Made by a program: the position numbers and the translations under genes | From: Halichondria panicea | Taxonomy: Eukaryota | DNA: 64,000 nt | Direction of reading: 5' to 3' | NCBI RefSeq assembly: GCF_963675165.1 | Contig: NC_087378.1 | Coordinates: 334,562-398,561 of the forward strand | The notes under the pieces: model-generated | What the model was told of the DNA's origin: nothing | Seen by the model: the letters and a program-made list of their open reading frames with translations, nothing else | Database searches by the model: none | Shown here: one piece after another, positions 25,560 to 38,502 of the stretch | Layout: the number at the start of each line of letters is the position of its first letter | Position numbering within the stretch: the first letter of the stretch is position 1

Positions 25560-28559
25560 ACCATGTCAGCAGGCAGAGTGCTCACTGTGGAGTTGGGCGG
25601 AACCCTCAGCATTACATAATAGCTGTGCCCTGCAACAAAACAAAACCATATAAGGAATATAAGAACATTAATATCAGATACGCACATTCAAAACTCACAC
25701 TAAATAATATTCACAATGTTATTGATATGGGATGGAATGCAATGACTATTAGAGACTATCCTTGCTCACCTGTGCAGAAGCTATGGTAATACACAGACAG
25801 TAATAAAGAGGCACACCACTCTGAATGGCAACACCCAAATGCTCACTGGGCCGAATCTAAAGGGGCACAATTCAACTACACAAGTTCGGTGTGTTCTGCT
25901 TGGGTTAGCACCACATGCACAAACATTGGTGTGGTAGATAGTTAACACAATGTCTAGGGCCTCTTCCCCAGGCTTGGAATGTAAACACATGCATACAGGC
26001 TGTCAGACCTTTAATGTGGGTGGCCTTTGCCAGTGTCTGGGAGATAGTAGCCTCCAGGGTCAATGCACCACAGGACAGATAGTTAACAGAGGGTTTGTCT
26101 GGGAGAACAACTGGGTTAGTGTCGTCTGGTGTGTCCGTTAGAATGGTCTCTGGTTTTTGTTCGCTGATAGGCAGGCCTTTCTTCAAAGTCTGGTCTGCAA
26201 TGAGGAGACAGTTGTCCCCCAGTCTCTCCTGAAGCTTCTTCCAGCCATCCACATCCTTAGCAGGGAGGTAAAACAGGCATATAAAGTGTAATATTCTGGC
26301 ACATACATCCACAAGGGCTATGTATCAACAACATTTAACAGTATTGGGGACAACCAATAATAAACGGTAGGTAATTGTGTTCCTATACTAATCTACTAAA
26401 ATGGATCCTCGTATGATATCTGTAGACTACACTAAAAAAATTATAATATGTACCAGACTCACTGTATGATGCAAGGGGTCCACATAGCCTAGCAGGCCTG
26501 GGTAGGAGCGCAACAGGTTGGCATAGATAGTGATGACATCATCAGAGCTCTTCCACTGTCCAGCTATCAGCTCATACTTTCCCTTCTCCTGTAGTGGTGG
26601 CAATAGTCATTCACAGAGGTCAACCTTATTACGAAATTAAATGCATTACCCAGACAAGCACAATGCTGCTATGAGAAGGCAGTACCTAATGATTATCAAT
26701 ACACACACCACAGTCTATACACAGCCCAACAGTATTCACGTACTTCATTGTAGAGTGTGTCAGCTCCCACATCCACAATCACGCCCATTCCTTGGTTCAA
26801 CTCAAAGCCGGCGTTACGAGCCGCATCTCGAATAAAGTCCAATCCCTGCTCGGGTTTGTCCAGTGTGGGACAGTATGACCCTGACAATAACCTGCCTTGT
26901 CCTGAACCCTAGAGTACAAAAGAGCTCGATTAAGGACTGAGTACATACTGATATTATAAAATAGCAAGCTATATAACATGAATGTGCCTACCCCATACTT
27001 TCCAGTGAGACACTTTCCCAGTTCTTTGTGCACGGCAACGATCATTTGTATTTGCTCAGGGAAGGGTGCTCCAGGTAATGGAGAGAGACAGAATTCCCTG
27101 AACCTGCACTTCCCACAGCCAGACTGCCCTCCAGACAACACCCCCACTACCGGTAGGGGCATGGTGAACCTGTATGCTTCACCAGGGGCTCTCTTGAACG
27201 TTGTGTCAGGTTGTGATGATGGGGAAGGGGGGCGACATGTCTTGGCTAGGTGTAGGTAGAGGGGTGTGTTTGTGAGACGGGCCCCAGCTATACCTGCAGC
27301 ATAAGAGGCTGCCAATAGAGCACTGGGGTGTAAGCTGCCATCTGTGAGAGGTGAAGATTGACTGATACATATCTGATTAGCAGTAATTAGATGGGCATTC
27401 TCGCAATGAGGTACCTTCAGTTGTGATAGCAGCCAGTGTAGTGTCTACCTCATTCTGTAGAAAAGGGGAGAGCCCTTTGACTGCAGGGCTAATATAATCG
27501 TTAACTGTCTTGGCAGCACTTAGCACAGTAGTGGGTACACTAGAGGCGGTGGATGCATGGCTACTAGTCAACTCCCCAGGGTCCAGATTTGACTTAACGG
27601 GGGTTTTACGGCTGGGGGTCCCACCGCGGGAGGCCCTACTGCGTGGAGACTTATTGCGTGGAGTACCTCTCGGGGACTTGGGTGGAGGTGGTACTGGCTG
27701 GGCCTCCACTGACAAGTCGTACATTTCCAGAGACAAGCTGGTGTTACTGACAAGCTGTGTACATGGAGAGATAGGGGTCACCATTTTTATTACCAGCTGA
27801 TCAAGCATATAGAATACAAGGAAAATTCAGTACAAAAATCGATAATTTGTACACTTAATTACAGTCACCAATATAATGGTACGTGAGGAACTACCTTGTC
27901 CTTCCCCCGGACAGTGCAGTAGAGCTCCAGGTTGAGAGCCTTCTCCCCAGAGGAGTCCAGCTCCTCATACACTGAGAGAGAGGAGATGACAGGGTCTTTT
28001 GATAGACCACGGAAGTAGTCAGACTGTGTGTGTGTGTACGTGTGTGTGTGTGTGGGAGGGGCTGAGTATGCAATGGTATCGTCGTGAAAATGTGATGCAA
28101 TTTCATCTCCTAGGTACTATGTAAGGAAAAGAGAAACAGGTCTTACACATGCTTCCATATGGAGAAAAGGCGTGTTATAGTAATACCCCTCGTCAACGAT
28201 GTTCAATTGCAAAGAGGGCATATATAAAAGATAGCATCTTCTTGTTTATGCGCTCTTATCAATTGCTATTGAGTTGTTGCAGTCGGTTACTACCTGCTGC
28301 TCGTCCCACAAGAACCAGATTATTAGGAACTGTTCTGCTCGCATGCACACTCACCATATAGCCATACACATCCCTCGGGTCAGACAGAAACATCTCATTG
28401 AGCAGTCCCTCCAGCGCATCCTGCACCTTGTGCTCAGAGTAGAAGGCCACCGCTTGCTCCTTGAGCTGCTTGTGTCGTAGCTCAGGGAAGCCTCTCCCTC
28501 TCCTACCTGCCCCCTGCACTGACTTGTTCTGAGGGCTAGGGCTAGGGCTCTCCATCATC
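25560..28559 (-). CDS. ENO4: Enolase-4-like (enolase superfamily, ENO4-type with long N-terminal extension); multi-exon gene span, 3' end uncertain
   Basis: The N-terminus is MMESPSPSPQ...ELRHKQLKEQAVAFYSEHKVQDALEGLLNEMFLSDPRDVYGYM. Enolase-barrel exons PLPVVGVLSGGQSGCGKCRFREFCLSPL (versus the enolase segment [26 protein letters not shown]) and GLDFIRDAARNAGFELNQGMGVIVDVGADTLYNE follow. DVDGWKKLQERLGDNCLLIADQTL matches QDDWGAWQKF...VQVVGDDLTV. SKPGEEALDIV...GANPSRTHR matches SHRSGETEDTFIADL...GAPCRSER. The start codon is assigned at 28559 (MMESPS). Confidence 0.65.
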
Positions 28560-28716
28560 TTTCTGCAGCTTGTTGAACTTTGGCCTCGGCAGCGATAAAG
28601 GTATTCATGACGCAATGTGCTTATTGTCGTGGTAACGATGTTAGGGTACCATGGCAACAGAGTTTGTTTACTGCCCACACACATGGTTGAGTGAGAGTCT
28701 GTAGAGAAGTGAAAAA
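28560..28716. promoter_or_regulatory. Compact bidirectional promoter region: 157 bp between divergent start codons of ENO4-like (-) and CFAP58 (+)
   Basis: The ENO4 ATG (minus) is at 28557-28559 and the CFAP58 ATG (plus) is at 28717-28719. No other ORF lies between them. Confidence 0.6.
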
Positions 28717-31680
28717 ATGGAGGAAAACAAGGCAAAGGCGCAGGGTCCGGGTGATGGCAATGGAAAGACTGAAAACAGTTTCGAATCCTTGGAAAAGGAC
28801 TTTCAAGAGGTAATTACACTAATATAATATTAACCAACATTTCTAACCACCTCAAAACACTTACTGATTTGTGGTTTCACGATCACGTCAGGACACACTC
28901 ATTTAATTTATACCCTCTGCTGTTTGTTCGTAGGTGCTTGCCGAGCTAATGGGGGACAAGAGTTTGGAGCGTTTCCGTATTGAGTATGAGAAGCTCCACC
29001 GTGCACTCAAGAAATCCCACGAGAGTGAGAAGAGACTTATGCACAAGTGCAGAGAGCTCAACTCTGAGATAGTGGCCAACTCTGCTAAAGTGTCTACTGC
29101 TCTCAAGCTATCACAAGAGGACAAATCAACCATCTCCTCTCTCAAACAAGTAAGGCTTGACTGTATACTCACGGTGAGTGCACGTAGTGTGCTTGCTGTA
29201 GGAAATCGAGAAGCTATGGAAGATGGTTGATGCTGCTCATGATAAAGAGGCGCGTGCTAGGGACACTATCAACCAACTCAAGCTGGAGATTGCTAATCTT
29301 ACCAAGCTGGTGGAGCAAGGAGCAGGGCTTGGTATTGGACAGGACTCCAGTGTGGAGGAGCTCGTGAAACAGAAGGAGGAGCTCATCAGTAAGAGAGACT
29401 CGTATCTTGAGGAGATTGTGCAAGTGAGGTCATCTCTATTGTATGTGTGTGTGTGTGATAGTAAGTACATGTGGTGTTGCAGCTTCGTCAAACCATCCAA
29501 ACTGCCAATGAGAGTCAGAAGAGCTCAGAGCACGAGAGAGAGGTGGCTGAGATGAAAGTGAATGAGGTAATGAATGGTTGTACTTGTGTACAACTAGACT
29601 GACTAGTTGCCTACCACACCGTACAGCTACGTGAAGAGATTACTGCCAAGAATCAGGAGATGGATCGTGAGAACAGGCGAAAAGTCAAACTGGAGAAAGA
29701 CCTCAAGTCCACAATAGCAGAACTAGAGGTACGCACTATGGAGGCCAAGTCTAAACAGAACCAAGTCTTGATGGCTGATGAGGAGTACAAGCGATGTGAG
29801 CAACAACTCAGGGAGACAAGGGTGAGTGTCTACTGGTACATAATCAGCTCGCGAAAATTTCCCGCTGTACAGTATATACATTTTGCATAAGTATTTGTGG
29901 TTCCTGTGGGAAGTTTGCTATGCAGCATATGATAGCCATGCAGTTACAATTCAAACCACCAACTATCAGTATAATTATACGTGCATTGATTAAACAAGCT
30001 TCCCCCCCCTCCCTCCCCATATACAGACTCAGTTTGAGCGTACAGTCAAAGACAATGACATCCTGAACCAGCGTTTGACCAAAGCCCAGCAAGACTATGA
30101 GAATCAGCTCATGCAGAGCGACCAACTGGCAGGAGAGAACAGTCAGAAACATGCTGAGCTTAAAATCAAAGAGGAGGAGGTCACGGGACTTAAAGGAGAG
30201 ATAACTCGATTGTCTCGGCTGAGAGAGAAGGTGGCCAGAAACCTGCGCTCTATGGAGGAGCAGAAGATGGAGGTGGAGGGGCATCGGGAGAAGCTCAAAC
30301 AGGAGATTGCTTCCATGGAGAGAGGTACTGTATAATGGTAGTAGGTTGCAAATACTGATTGACTTGTTTGTTACAGAAATGGAGGCTCAACAAAAGAAAG
30401 CTGAACTGGACAAAAAGGCATTTGATGATCTGGTCAGAGAGAGGGACATTCTTACCAAGGTAACCTGTCAACATGTACCTAGCTCTTGTTTCAAGAGAGT
30501 GTTTGTCACAGGGCATGCGAAAGGCTGAGGGTACATCTGAAAAGATGGATCACCTTGTCAAGACTCGGAACCAGGCAATACAGAGACTGCAACAGGAGAT
30601 TGCTGTGAGTACCGTCTAGTGCTGTTCCAGTTGAATCACCTCTCCCATATAGAACTATCGTGAGGAAGCTAAGAAACAGCGGCAGTTGATCCAGAGCTTG
30701 GAAAGAGAGAGGGACCGTTATGGCAAGGACGCGGCAGACGCTCATCAGGGAACCATCTCTCAGGTACTGATATCAATATACTGTATAGCTAGTTATTTTC
30801 GTAAATTTTCAAAGATTTACCTCAAACTTTGAAAATTTAGTGCTTCAAAAATTGGTTTATTTCCGGTATTGAAACCTCTCTACTGTAGGGGTGTGGTCAT
30901 TTGAACCTCAATCCTCAAAATTAAAATCCGCGAAATGTTTAGTTTGAGCAATCTGCAAAGATTTGTGCCTCAAAAATAACCCGCTATGCATTAGCTATGT
31001 AGCTATTGTACACGGTTACACCAAGTACACTGTACTGCACAGATGGAGGAAGTAAAGAGAAAGGAGATGCAGCTGTACCAGCTCAAGAAGCAGATTGTTG
31101 AGATTGAGAGCAAGCTGAAACAGCAACACACCTTGTACGAGGCAGTCTGTTCAGATCGTAACCTCTGTAGCAAGAATCTTATTGAAGCTCGCGATGAAAT
31201 CACTGAAATGAAAAGGAAGCTCAAGATCATGTCCCACCAGATTGACCAACTCAAGGAGGAGATTGCTTCAAAGGTACTGAAACGCACGTACAGTACGGTT
31301 GGTACAAATGCATGTGTTCCACAAGAACCCAGTACTAGCCAACACAATATCTGTAGGAGGGTGCACTGGTGAAGAGCAACATGGACCTGGTACACATAGA
31401 GAGAGACAAGGAGAGCTTGAGTAGTGAACTGTCTGCCAGGAAGCAGGAGTTAGAGACCACCAAGCAACTCATGGAGAACCAGAGGGCAGAGGAGAGGAAA
31501 CTGCGCAAAATCATCTCAGAGGCATCAGCCGAACGGACAAGGCAGAAAAAAGAGCTTGAACAGGTATGGAAAATGCTACTTTACAGTACGTGTGTGTACA
31601 GTTTTACCAATGTCATGTGATTATTTTACATCATTTTATTCACAGTATAATACAGTGTGTTCTAAGCTTGTGTTGCGTTG

Positions 31681-31735
<55 letters not shown>

Positions 31736-33203
31736 GTGATCAATGAGAGGGACATTCTGGGCACTCAGTTGATTCGCCGCAATGATGAGTTAGCCCTCCT
31801 CTATGAGAAGATCAAGATCCAGCAGTCGACTCTGAACAAAGGGGAGATGCAATACTCACAGAGACTAGAGGATATTCGTATCCTCAAACTAGAGATCAAG
31901 AAGATGAGACGGGAGAGAGGAATTCTGTCCAAGAATGTGGCCAACATCGATGACCTCAGGTACACCATAATTAAGAATTTGTAATTATTATTATACTTGT
32001 GAATGCACAGTGTATAATATTATGTAGATTACACAGCCTGCAGTAGCAATGTTACACTGTTAGTACACACTACCCCCCACCCAGACGTGAGCTGTACCAC
32101 ATCCAGCGGGAGTTGCTCAAGGAGCGTACTCGTTGCAAGGCTCTCGAGGAAGAGCTGGAGAATCCTATGAACATCCATCGCTGGAGGAAGCTCGAGGGAA
32201 GCGACCCATCTACGTATGAGATGATCCAAAAGATACACACTCTGCAGAGGAGACTCATTCAGAAAACTGAAGAGGTAAGTATTTGCTATTAGTGTTCATG
32301 TATTCATCCGTCTGTGTGTTGGTGTTTCTAATTATTTGTCTACTGGGTATTTGACTTGAGGTATTTTTATCCAACCTTCGATTTTCCAACAATTGCAGTA
32401 ATGACAGCTCATCTCATCGTAGTGCTTATTTATGATGAACTATCGTTATTAAATGCAATTTGTTGGAAAATCGATTAATTGCTTTCACAGTGTCCATCTA
32501 TTTTATTTACAGGTTGTTGAGAAGGAACTGTTGATTCAAGAAAAGGAGAAGTTGTACATGGAGTTGAAGCAGATCCTCCAGAGACAGCCAGGGCCTGAGG
32601 TGGCAGAGCAGCTACAGATCTACCAGCAGACTCTCAAGGAGAAGACCAAGCAAATGAAGGTGTGTATTAGCATAACTATACTTAGCCTCAACTCCAGTCC
32701 CTTCAACAGTGCGCTTTTCCCTGCGGGCCTGGAATCGAGGCTAAACTATACTCAGTAATAAACTGTGTGCACTACATTATAATACCACCCTGCATAGTGT
32801 ATGGCCTCTGAGTTGAACATGTATGACTCACAAGTGTCAGAGCACAAGATGGACATTGACAGACTGCAGAGAGAGCTACAGGAGGTCAAGAAAAATTACT
32901 ACCTTCAGAAAAAGAAAGAACACCAGAAAAGGTAATTTTTTAAATTAATTTTGTTTTTGTGGGAGATAAAGTACATGCTATAACCAGAGGGTTATAGGTA
33001 CACTAACAATGTACTTCACTTTCTATCGTATCCCAGTATTTCCCTTCAGGCTAATTATCATGTTCCTCTGTTCTCTTTGCTGCAGGGAGCGAGATAGGGT
33101 TCTGGGTCAAGGGCTGGGCCCGCCCATCATACCACTGTCCAAGGCAGACATGCCACGCTTTGCTGGAGGAGGGTTCAACCTCAAACAATCTCAAAAAGCT
33201 TAG
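28717..33203 (+). CDS. CFAP58: Cilia- and flagella-associated protein 58 (CFAP58/CCDC147) orthologue; long coiled-coil protein, ~20 exons
   Basis: Exon 1 is MEENKAKAQGPGDGNGKTENSFESLEKDFQE. Exon 2, VLAELMGDKSLERFRIEYEKLHRALKKSHESEKRLMHKCRELNSEIVANSAKVSTALKLSQEDKSTISSLK, is near-identical in pattern to human CFAP58 EIAKSLVGDASLDRFRAEYEKLFKALKKSHESEKRLMQKCRELNAEILVNSAKVQTALKLSQEDQTTIASLK. Later exons carry NPMNIHRWRKLEGSDPSTYEMIQKIHTLQRRLIQKTEEVVEKELLIQEKEKLYMELKQILQRQPGPEVAEQLQIYQQ (human NPLNVHRWRKLEASDPNAYELIQKIHTLQKRLISKTEEVVEKELLLQEKEKLYMELKHVLARQPGPEAAEQLKLYRR). The last exon ends ...PRFAGGGFNLKQSQKA* (human ...GGGFPLRSTKMTF). Confidence 0.9.
30781..30988. mobile_element. MITE-like element, same family as 17625-17815 (termini CTGTATAGCTAGTTATTTTCG ... 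CAAAAATAACCCGCTAT), in a CFAP58 intron
   Basis: The inverted termini match the TATAGCGGGTWATTTT family. The interior carries two copies of a ~50 bp subrepeat (CAAAGATTTACCTCAAA... / CAAAGATTTGTGCCTCAAAAA). Confidence 0.5.
31683..31732. repeat. (GT)25 microsatellite in a CFAP58 intron, ending directly at the AG acceptor (GTGTGCAG|GTGATCAATG)
   Basis: Directly visible. Confidence 0.95.
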
Positions 33204-33523
33204 ATATCTCATGAATAATTATTATAGAGTGTATTACATTGAACTCTGTTGATTGAAACATTGTACGTTGTACATGTGATGTAAACTGCAGTCATGTGTA
33301 TCACAAAAAAATTAACTAATACAAGTCATGTGAACTAATAAAAAATATGTACATAATAATATTATTTTTATCAGTTCACAGTTTGTGATTTGCTTGTAAA
33401 CAGAAGTGCTGCATTCCCACACCACACACGACCACACTCGTACAGTGACTGCATAATGCATGGGAATTATCAATAAAGGTTTAACATTTCTTGTACTGAT
33501 AAGCTTCTCAATGTGTTAGGCTA

Positions 33524-35075
33524 CAAGCAATGGTTCCACTGTGTGCACCCACTGTACCTAGCAGTGAAGGTTTTGAGGGTAGCTGGGTCAGCCACGTCAT
33601 GAGTGAAGCAAGCACTTAGTGAGAGGGGCTCCAGCTTCCACACGGAGAGTCGCTGGTCCACTGAGGTGGTGGCTACTAGACTGGGACCAAACCAACCAAT
33701 ACCTGTGTGTGTGTGTGGGGGGGGGGGGTTCAGAGTAAAGTAACAGGAAAGCTTGCATAAGAAAGTAACGTGTACAGACTAGGAATGTCCTCACCTGTGA
33801 TGCTAGAAGAGTGGGCGGTGCTGTGTGTGCTTTGAGTGTGGAGGGACATGGAGAGATGTGGAGTGGTGGTTAGGGTGAGGTGGGTCACTGTGAGGGCATT
33901 GTCATCTCCCACTGTCACCACAGTCAGGTGGCCATCTACAGCAATTGATACAAAATTATTATAGTCAGTACAACACCACATCAATAAATCCCAGCATCCC
34001 TGACATACAACAAAGAAGGTACTAGAGTAGGTAACCCTGGAGTAGGTATAGAGCACTAGAGTAGGTATAGAGGGGCTACTAGTAGGTATGGTGGTAGTGC
34101 TCACCTTGGACTGAAGTGATGAGGTCGTTGACTCCAGATTGATGGGCCTTGAACGCAATAACAGACTCCACTGGTATACAACCTCCCATCTCCTCCACTG
34201 ACATACGGCCTTCTGTCTCGAGGCTGTGTAGACTCCACACACACACAACACCGTCTGTAGCACTGGAGAGCAGTAGTGGGGGGTGGGAGGACAGTGGGTG
34301 GAGCTTGGTACACAGGATGCAATGGTCATGGTGATGTAACGAGGGTAGAGGTTGGAAGGTGTGGTTGCCCTCATCGAATATAAACTGCCTGTAGTGCAAT
34401 ACACATCAGGTAAATAAATATGGCAATGCTACCAGAACAGAATAATAGTCTACCTTATAATTCCATCTGAGCAGCCAGCTGCCAGGTAATGATAGGGGGG
34501 AGTGGACAGAGGTAGCGCAGCCAGACTCATCACTCTACACTCAGGCTGACTGTCCTTTGACCTCTGTTTTCGTGAGCCGTGCTTGTTGTGTAAGAACACC
34601 TCCCCACAAAGTTCAACTCTCTCCTTCAGCTCACTAGGGCCACAACCTGCACACACAATAAGCTCTGATATTAGTCTAAAAGGGTCACCACAAGTATGAG
34701 CAAGATGCTTACCGGATGGTATGTTCCAAGCCTTCAAGCTTGCCCTGGCCCCACCAGAGAAGAGCAGCTGGCCGTGGTGTCCTTGTGAAGAGGTTAGAGC
34801 CTTGACAGAGGAGAGGTGGCCAGTGAGGGTAGCTAGAAGTGAGGGACGTGTGTGTGGGGAGGCTGCTACCAGGGCAATGGTACAGTCCTCACTACCAACA
34901 GCCAACAACAGCTCACCTGCAGAGCAAAGAGCATTGTTACTACATTGAGTGTCATACATACATACCAGTGGTGGAGTTAGCATTTAGAATCTCTAGTGAG
35001 AGTGCCTCTCTTCCAACAAAACCAGGCTGTGTGTGTGTGTGTGGGTGTGAGGGTGTGTGTGTGTGTGTGGATGTG

Positions 35076-35151
<76 letters not shown>

Positions 35152-38092
35152 TGAGGGTGTGTGTGTCAATGGTCAAGTCCATACCTGAATGATGGGATTG
35201 GTGAAATAAGACTCCAAACTAGAGGTCCTGAAGCAGAGGGTAGATTGTTTGACATACACAGCATTCATTGTCCTAGTCTTCAAGATCTGTGAACCATTAT
35301 CACACACACTCAACATGTGATAATACTGTATACCTGCTGTATAGAGCTGATGTCATATGACCTATGTCCCCCACCGCAGTTGATCTTGACTATAGGCTTG
35401 TTCTGGGCAGTGCTGTACAACACAAGGTCTGTCTGTAAGTGTGTGTGTGTGTGTGGGGGGGGGGTACTACAGTGTGAGGTGTGGAATCCCACCACCCACC
35501 CACTCACTCACTCACCGTATGGAACCCCACTACTAACATGTCCTCTTCTTGGAAAATCAGATCCTCAATCCAATCCATTCCCTTCACAGGCTGGAGGGCA
35601 ATATTGCTACACATTAGACACACCACACACACACACACATGTACAGTACAGCAGGATAGCGCTGTTAGGGCTGACCTTAAAGTCAATGAGTTCTTTAAGA
35701 TCTCCATCTTTGCTCAGACTGTACTTTCTGCAGCGTCCATTGCGGCCAGCACTGTACACAAAGTCTCCACTCATCTTGAGACAGGTGACACCATTGGGAC
35801 CGTGCACTCGATAAGAGGCTGTTGGTTTGGTGGAGGGTGAGGGTTGGTCAGCAGTGGTTAGACACACCCTGTACACATGTAGTGAGCCTTTCCTGTCCCC
35901 TAGTAGCAGAGTGTCCCTTGTTGAGTCGTGTAGGGCCACAGATACCCAGCGATGTTTAGATGGGGGGAGCTCGAGAGTAGCAAGGGGAGTGGCCATCAGA
36001 CCTTGAGGTAACATCACACACCTCCAGCAGATCTGGGGGGGGGGGGGGGGTCAAGTGTTAAAGGCCATTTTTTTGAGGCCGTTTTTTTACAAAAGTGTGG
36101 GTTATAATTATTATTATTATTATATAGGTGGGGGAAAAGTGAAAATTCAAAAATGTTGAGCTGGGCATACCATCTGATAGAGATGTTAATCATAATGCCA
36201 GACATTGAACCAACAAAACAAAAGTGATGGCTGTTTTTGAGAAAAAAAAAGCGTGGGTCTGCCTACACTGCATTCTCACCACTTGTCCGGCTGGTCCACA
36301 AGAGAGCAACATCTCATCTCCCAACCAACTGAGGGAGAACACCTTCCCAGTGTGAGCACTCCAACACAACTCAGCCGTCACATCTCCTGTGGTCATGTAA
36401 TGAGTGTCAAGTACACAAAGGATGGGTAAGATTGGCTCAGTATGGTGTAGCAACAGATACCTCACCTTGTTTGTCCAATGCCAGCAGCTTTATGCTTCCC
36501 TCCAGACTGCCCACAGCCAGTAGGGGAGAGTGGAGGGCTAACAGAGAGTAACTAGAGAACAGCTGATCCCTTGCCACCTGCCTCCAGACAATAGGGGACA
36601 CATCCACACAAGCAGCGTACAGAACACTATATATGACAATTAGTTCACTAACTGCATAAAAATACAATAATATACTGACCCGTGGTCTGTGTGGCAGAGA
36701 GCCGTGTTGCCATGGAGACAGACAGAACGAGGCAGGTCCTCTGTGGGTAAGTGAGTGTCCCATTCCATCTCTTGTTCTCCCTCTAAACTGAACACACGTA
36801 CACCACAGTCCCCACCACCAGTTGCCTGTGCATGAGGAGGGGAATGGACATATTCCCTAGGGGCTGCTGTTACACACTCACCACTCTCTTGTTCTCTGAG
36901 TCCACGGCCATGCTCCACATACTCCGCCCCCTATGACCCCCCACAGTCCTCACAGCCACACACCTACTCCACACACGACAAGTGGCGTCCTCTCCAATGC
37001 TCACCACGTTGTCCCCTGGTAGTAGTCGGGCGTCCCAGACCCTGGCAGTGTGTCCGTACAACACTTGCACTCCAGCTATTACCTCAACACTAGAGCACAA
37101 CAGAGGCACAAAGTAAGTGCTTGAACTTGTAACTAATAGCTTTTAATTAGCGGAAAATGAAGATTTGGGCCCTAAAACCATCGCTAATCCACATTATTTG
37201 ATAGGCCTTTCAAGGAGCTCCTAAATGAATCCTTGATTTGAAATTGGAAATAGCTCAGCTCAGAAAAAACACCATAGATAGGGTCCATGTACAGTACCTT
37301 TGATGGAGGGTCCAGTCTTGTGGGAGTGTCCACACTCTAACAGTTCTATCATCAGACACAGAGACAAGGGAGCGGCCATCATCAGAGAGGCGCACACACA
37401 ATATCACACCCTGTCAGATCACATGACTTATCAGTTACATATCACATGACCCACCTCATGTCCGGAGAGTGAGAGTCGTACTGGTACCCTGGTAGAGGGG
37501 TCAAAGTTCAGCTCCTCCGATACTGAAAGGTCAACGGTCCACAACAAGATGTGATTGAAGACTGTGCCAGAGATGGCAATGAGAGAGTTGCTACCAGTCG
37601 TTACTAGTCGTGCTGAATAGCTAGGAAATAGCTAAAAAATACATAATTATATGAGAAAAATCTAAGACAAAACATTACTCAGGAAATAGCTAAAGAAATG
37701 CATCATTATCATATGTGAAATCTAAGACAACACATTACTGTATGGTTGGATACAGAATACAGTTGGTCTCGCTGTGATAGTTGACAATATTCACGATGCC
37801 AGCTGCCACACGATACACAGTCACTACGTTGTGTGCAGTGATATAGGAGAGGGTGTAGTTTGCTGGGTCAGCAAAGCTCAGCCAACAGACGTCCAAGAGC
37901 CAATCAGAAGCCTCGATTACAGCAGATACAGGGGTCAACCTGGAGGTCACCAGTTAATGGTTACTGTGAGTGACATAGCTCACATGACTGACCTGAACTG
38001 AGGTGAGCTGTGCAGTTGAATCAGTCGAATGCTCTTCTGCCCGAACACTAGCACTAGTGGTACATCACTCTCATCAATACTGTCGTCAGCTG

Positions 38093-38151
<59 letters not shown>

Positions 38152-38502
38152 GTGTGTGTGTGTATACGTGTGGTGTGTGTGTGTGTATGTGTGTGGTGTG
38201 TGTACTGACACTAGCAACACACCTGGTCGTATGCCATGCACTCGTTTGAAGGGCAGTACCTCCTCCTGGGCTAACAGTGCTCCCTCATCACAGGAGAGCA
38301 GCTTCAGATAGGGACCTTCCCCTGCAACCAGTGCATGCAGTGTGTGCAGGGACAAGTGAGTAACTCACTCAATAATGGATGGCTTATAATCATTACCTGC
38401 TAACAGGAGCTCTAACTGTCCGATGGTAATGAACTCCAACGCGGTGACTGGAAGACAGCTCTGCTTGGCCGTGATCTTGCATGTCTTGTCAACAGTCTCC
38501 AT
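33524..38502 (-). CDS. WDR6: WD repeat-containing protein 6 (WDR6; tRNA 2'-O-methyltransferase FTSJ1/Trm7 partner) orthologue; multi-exon gene span
   Basis: Exon 1 METVDKTCKITAKQSCLPVTALEFITIGQLELLLAG joins in frame (donor GTAATG, acceptor TTGCAG, codon split G|GG) to EGPYLKLLSCDEGALLAQEEV... This reproduces the human WDR6 N-terminus ATSELILLPVTGLECVGDRLLAGEGPDVLVYSL. The C-terminal exon LVATTSVDQRLSVWKLEPL...FTHDVADPATLKTF...* matches human IMVSASIDQRLTFWRLGHGEP...FHVPDVADMD...; the stop is at 33521-33523. Many WD40-like internal exons are present. Confidence 0.8.
35028..35167. repeat. Compound (GT)n microsatellite, ~140 bp, in a WDR6 intron
   Basis: Directly visible. Confidence 0.95.

Noticed and set aside
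28259-28735. Upstream in-frame extension of the ENO4 ORF (MPCFPPFFHF...)
   Set aside because: It would run through the CFAP58 start codon and first exon on the other strand. The conserved enolase-4-like N-terminus begins at MMESPS, so I placed the start at 28559.
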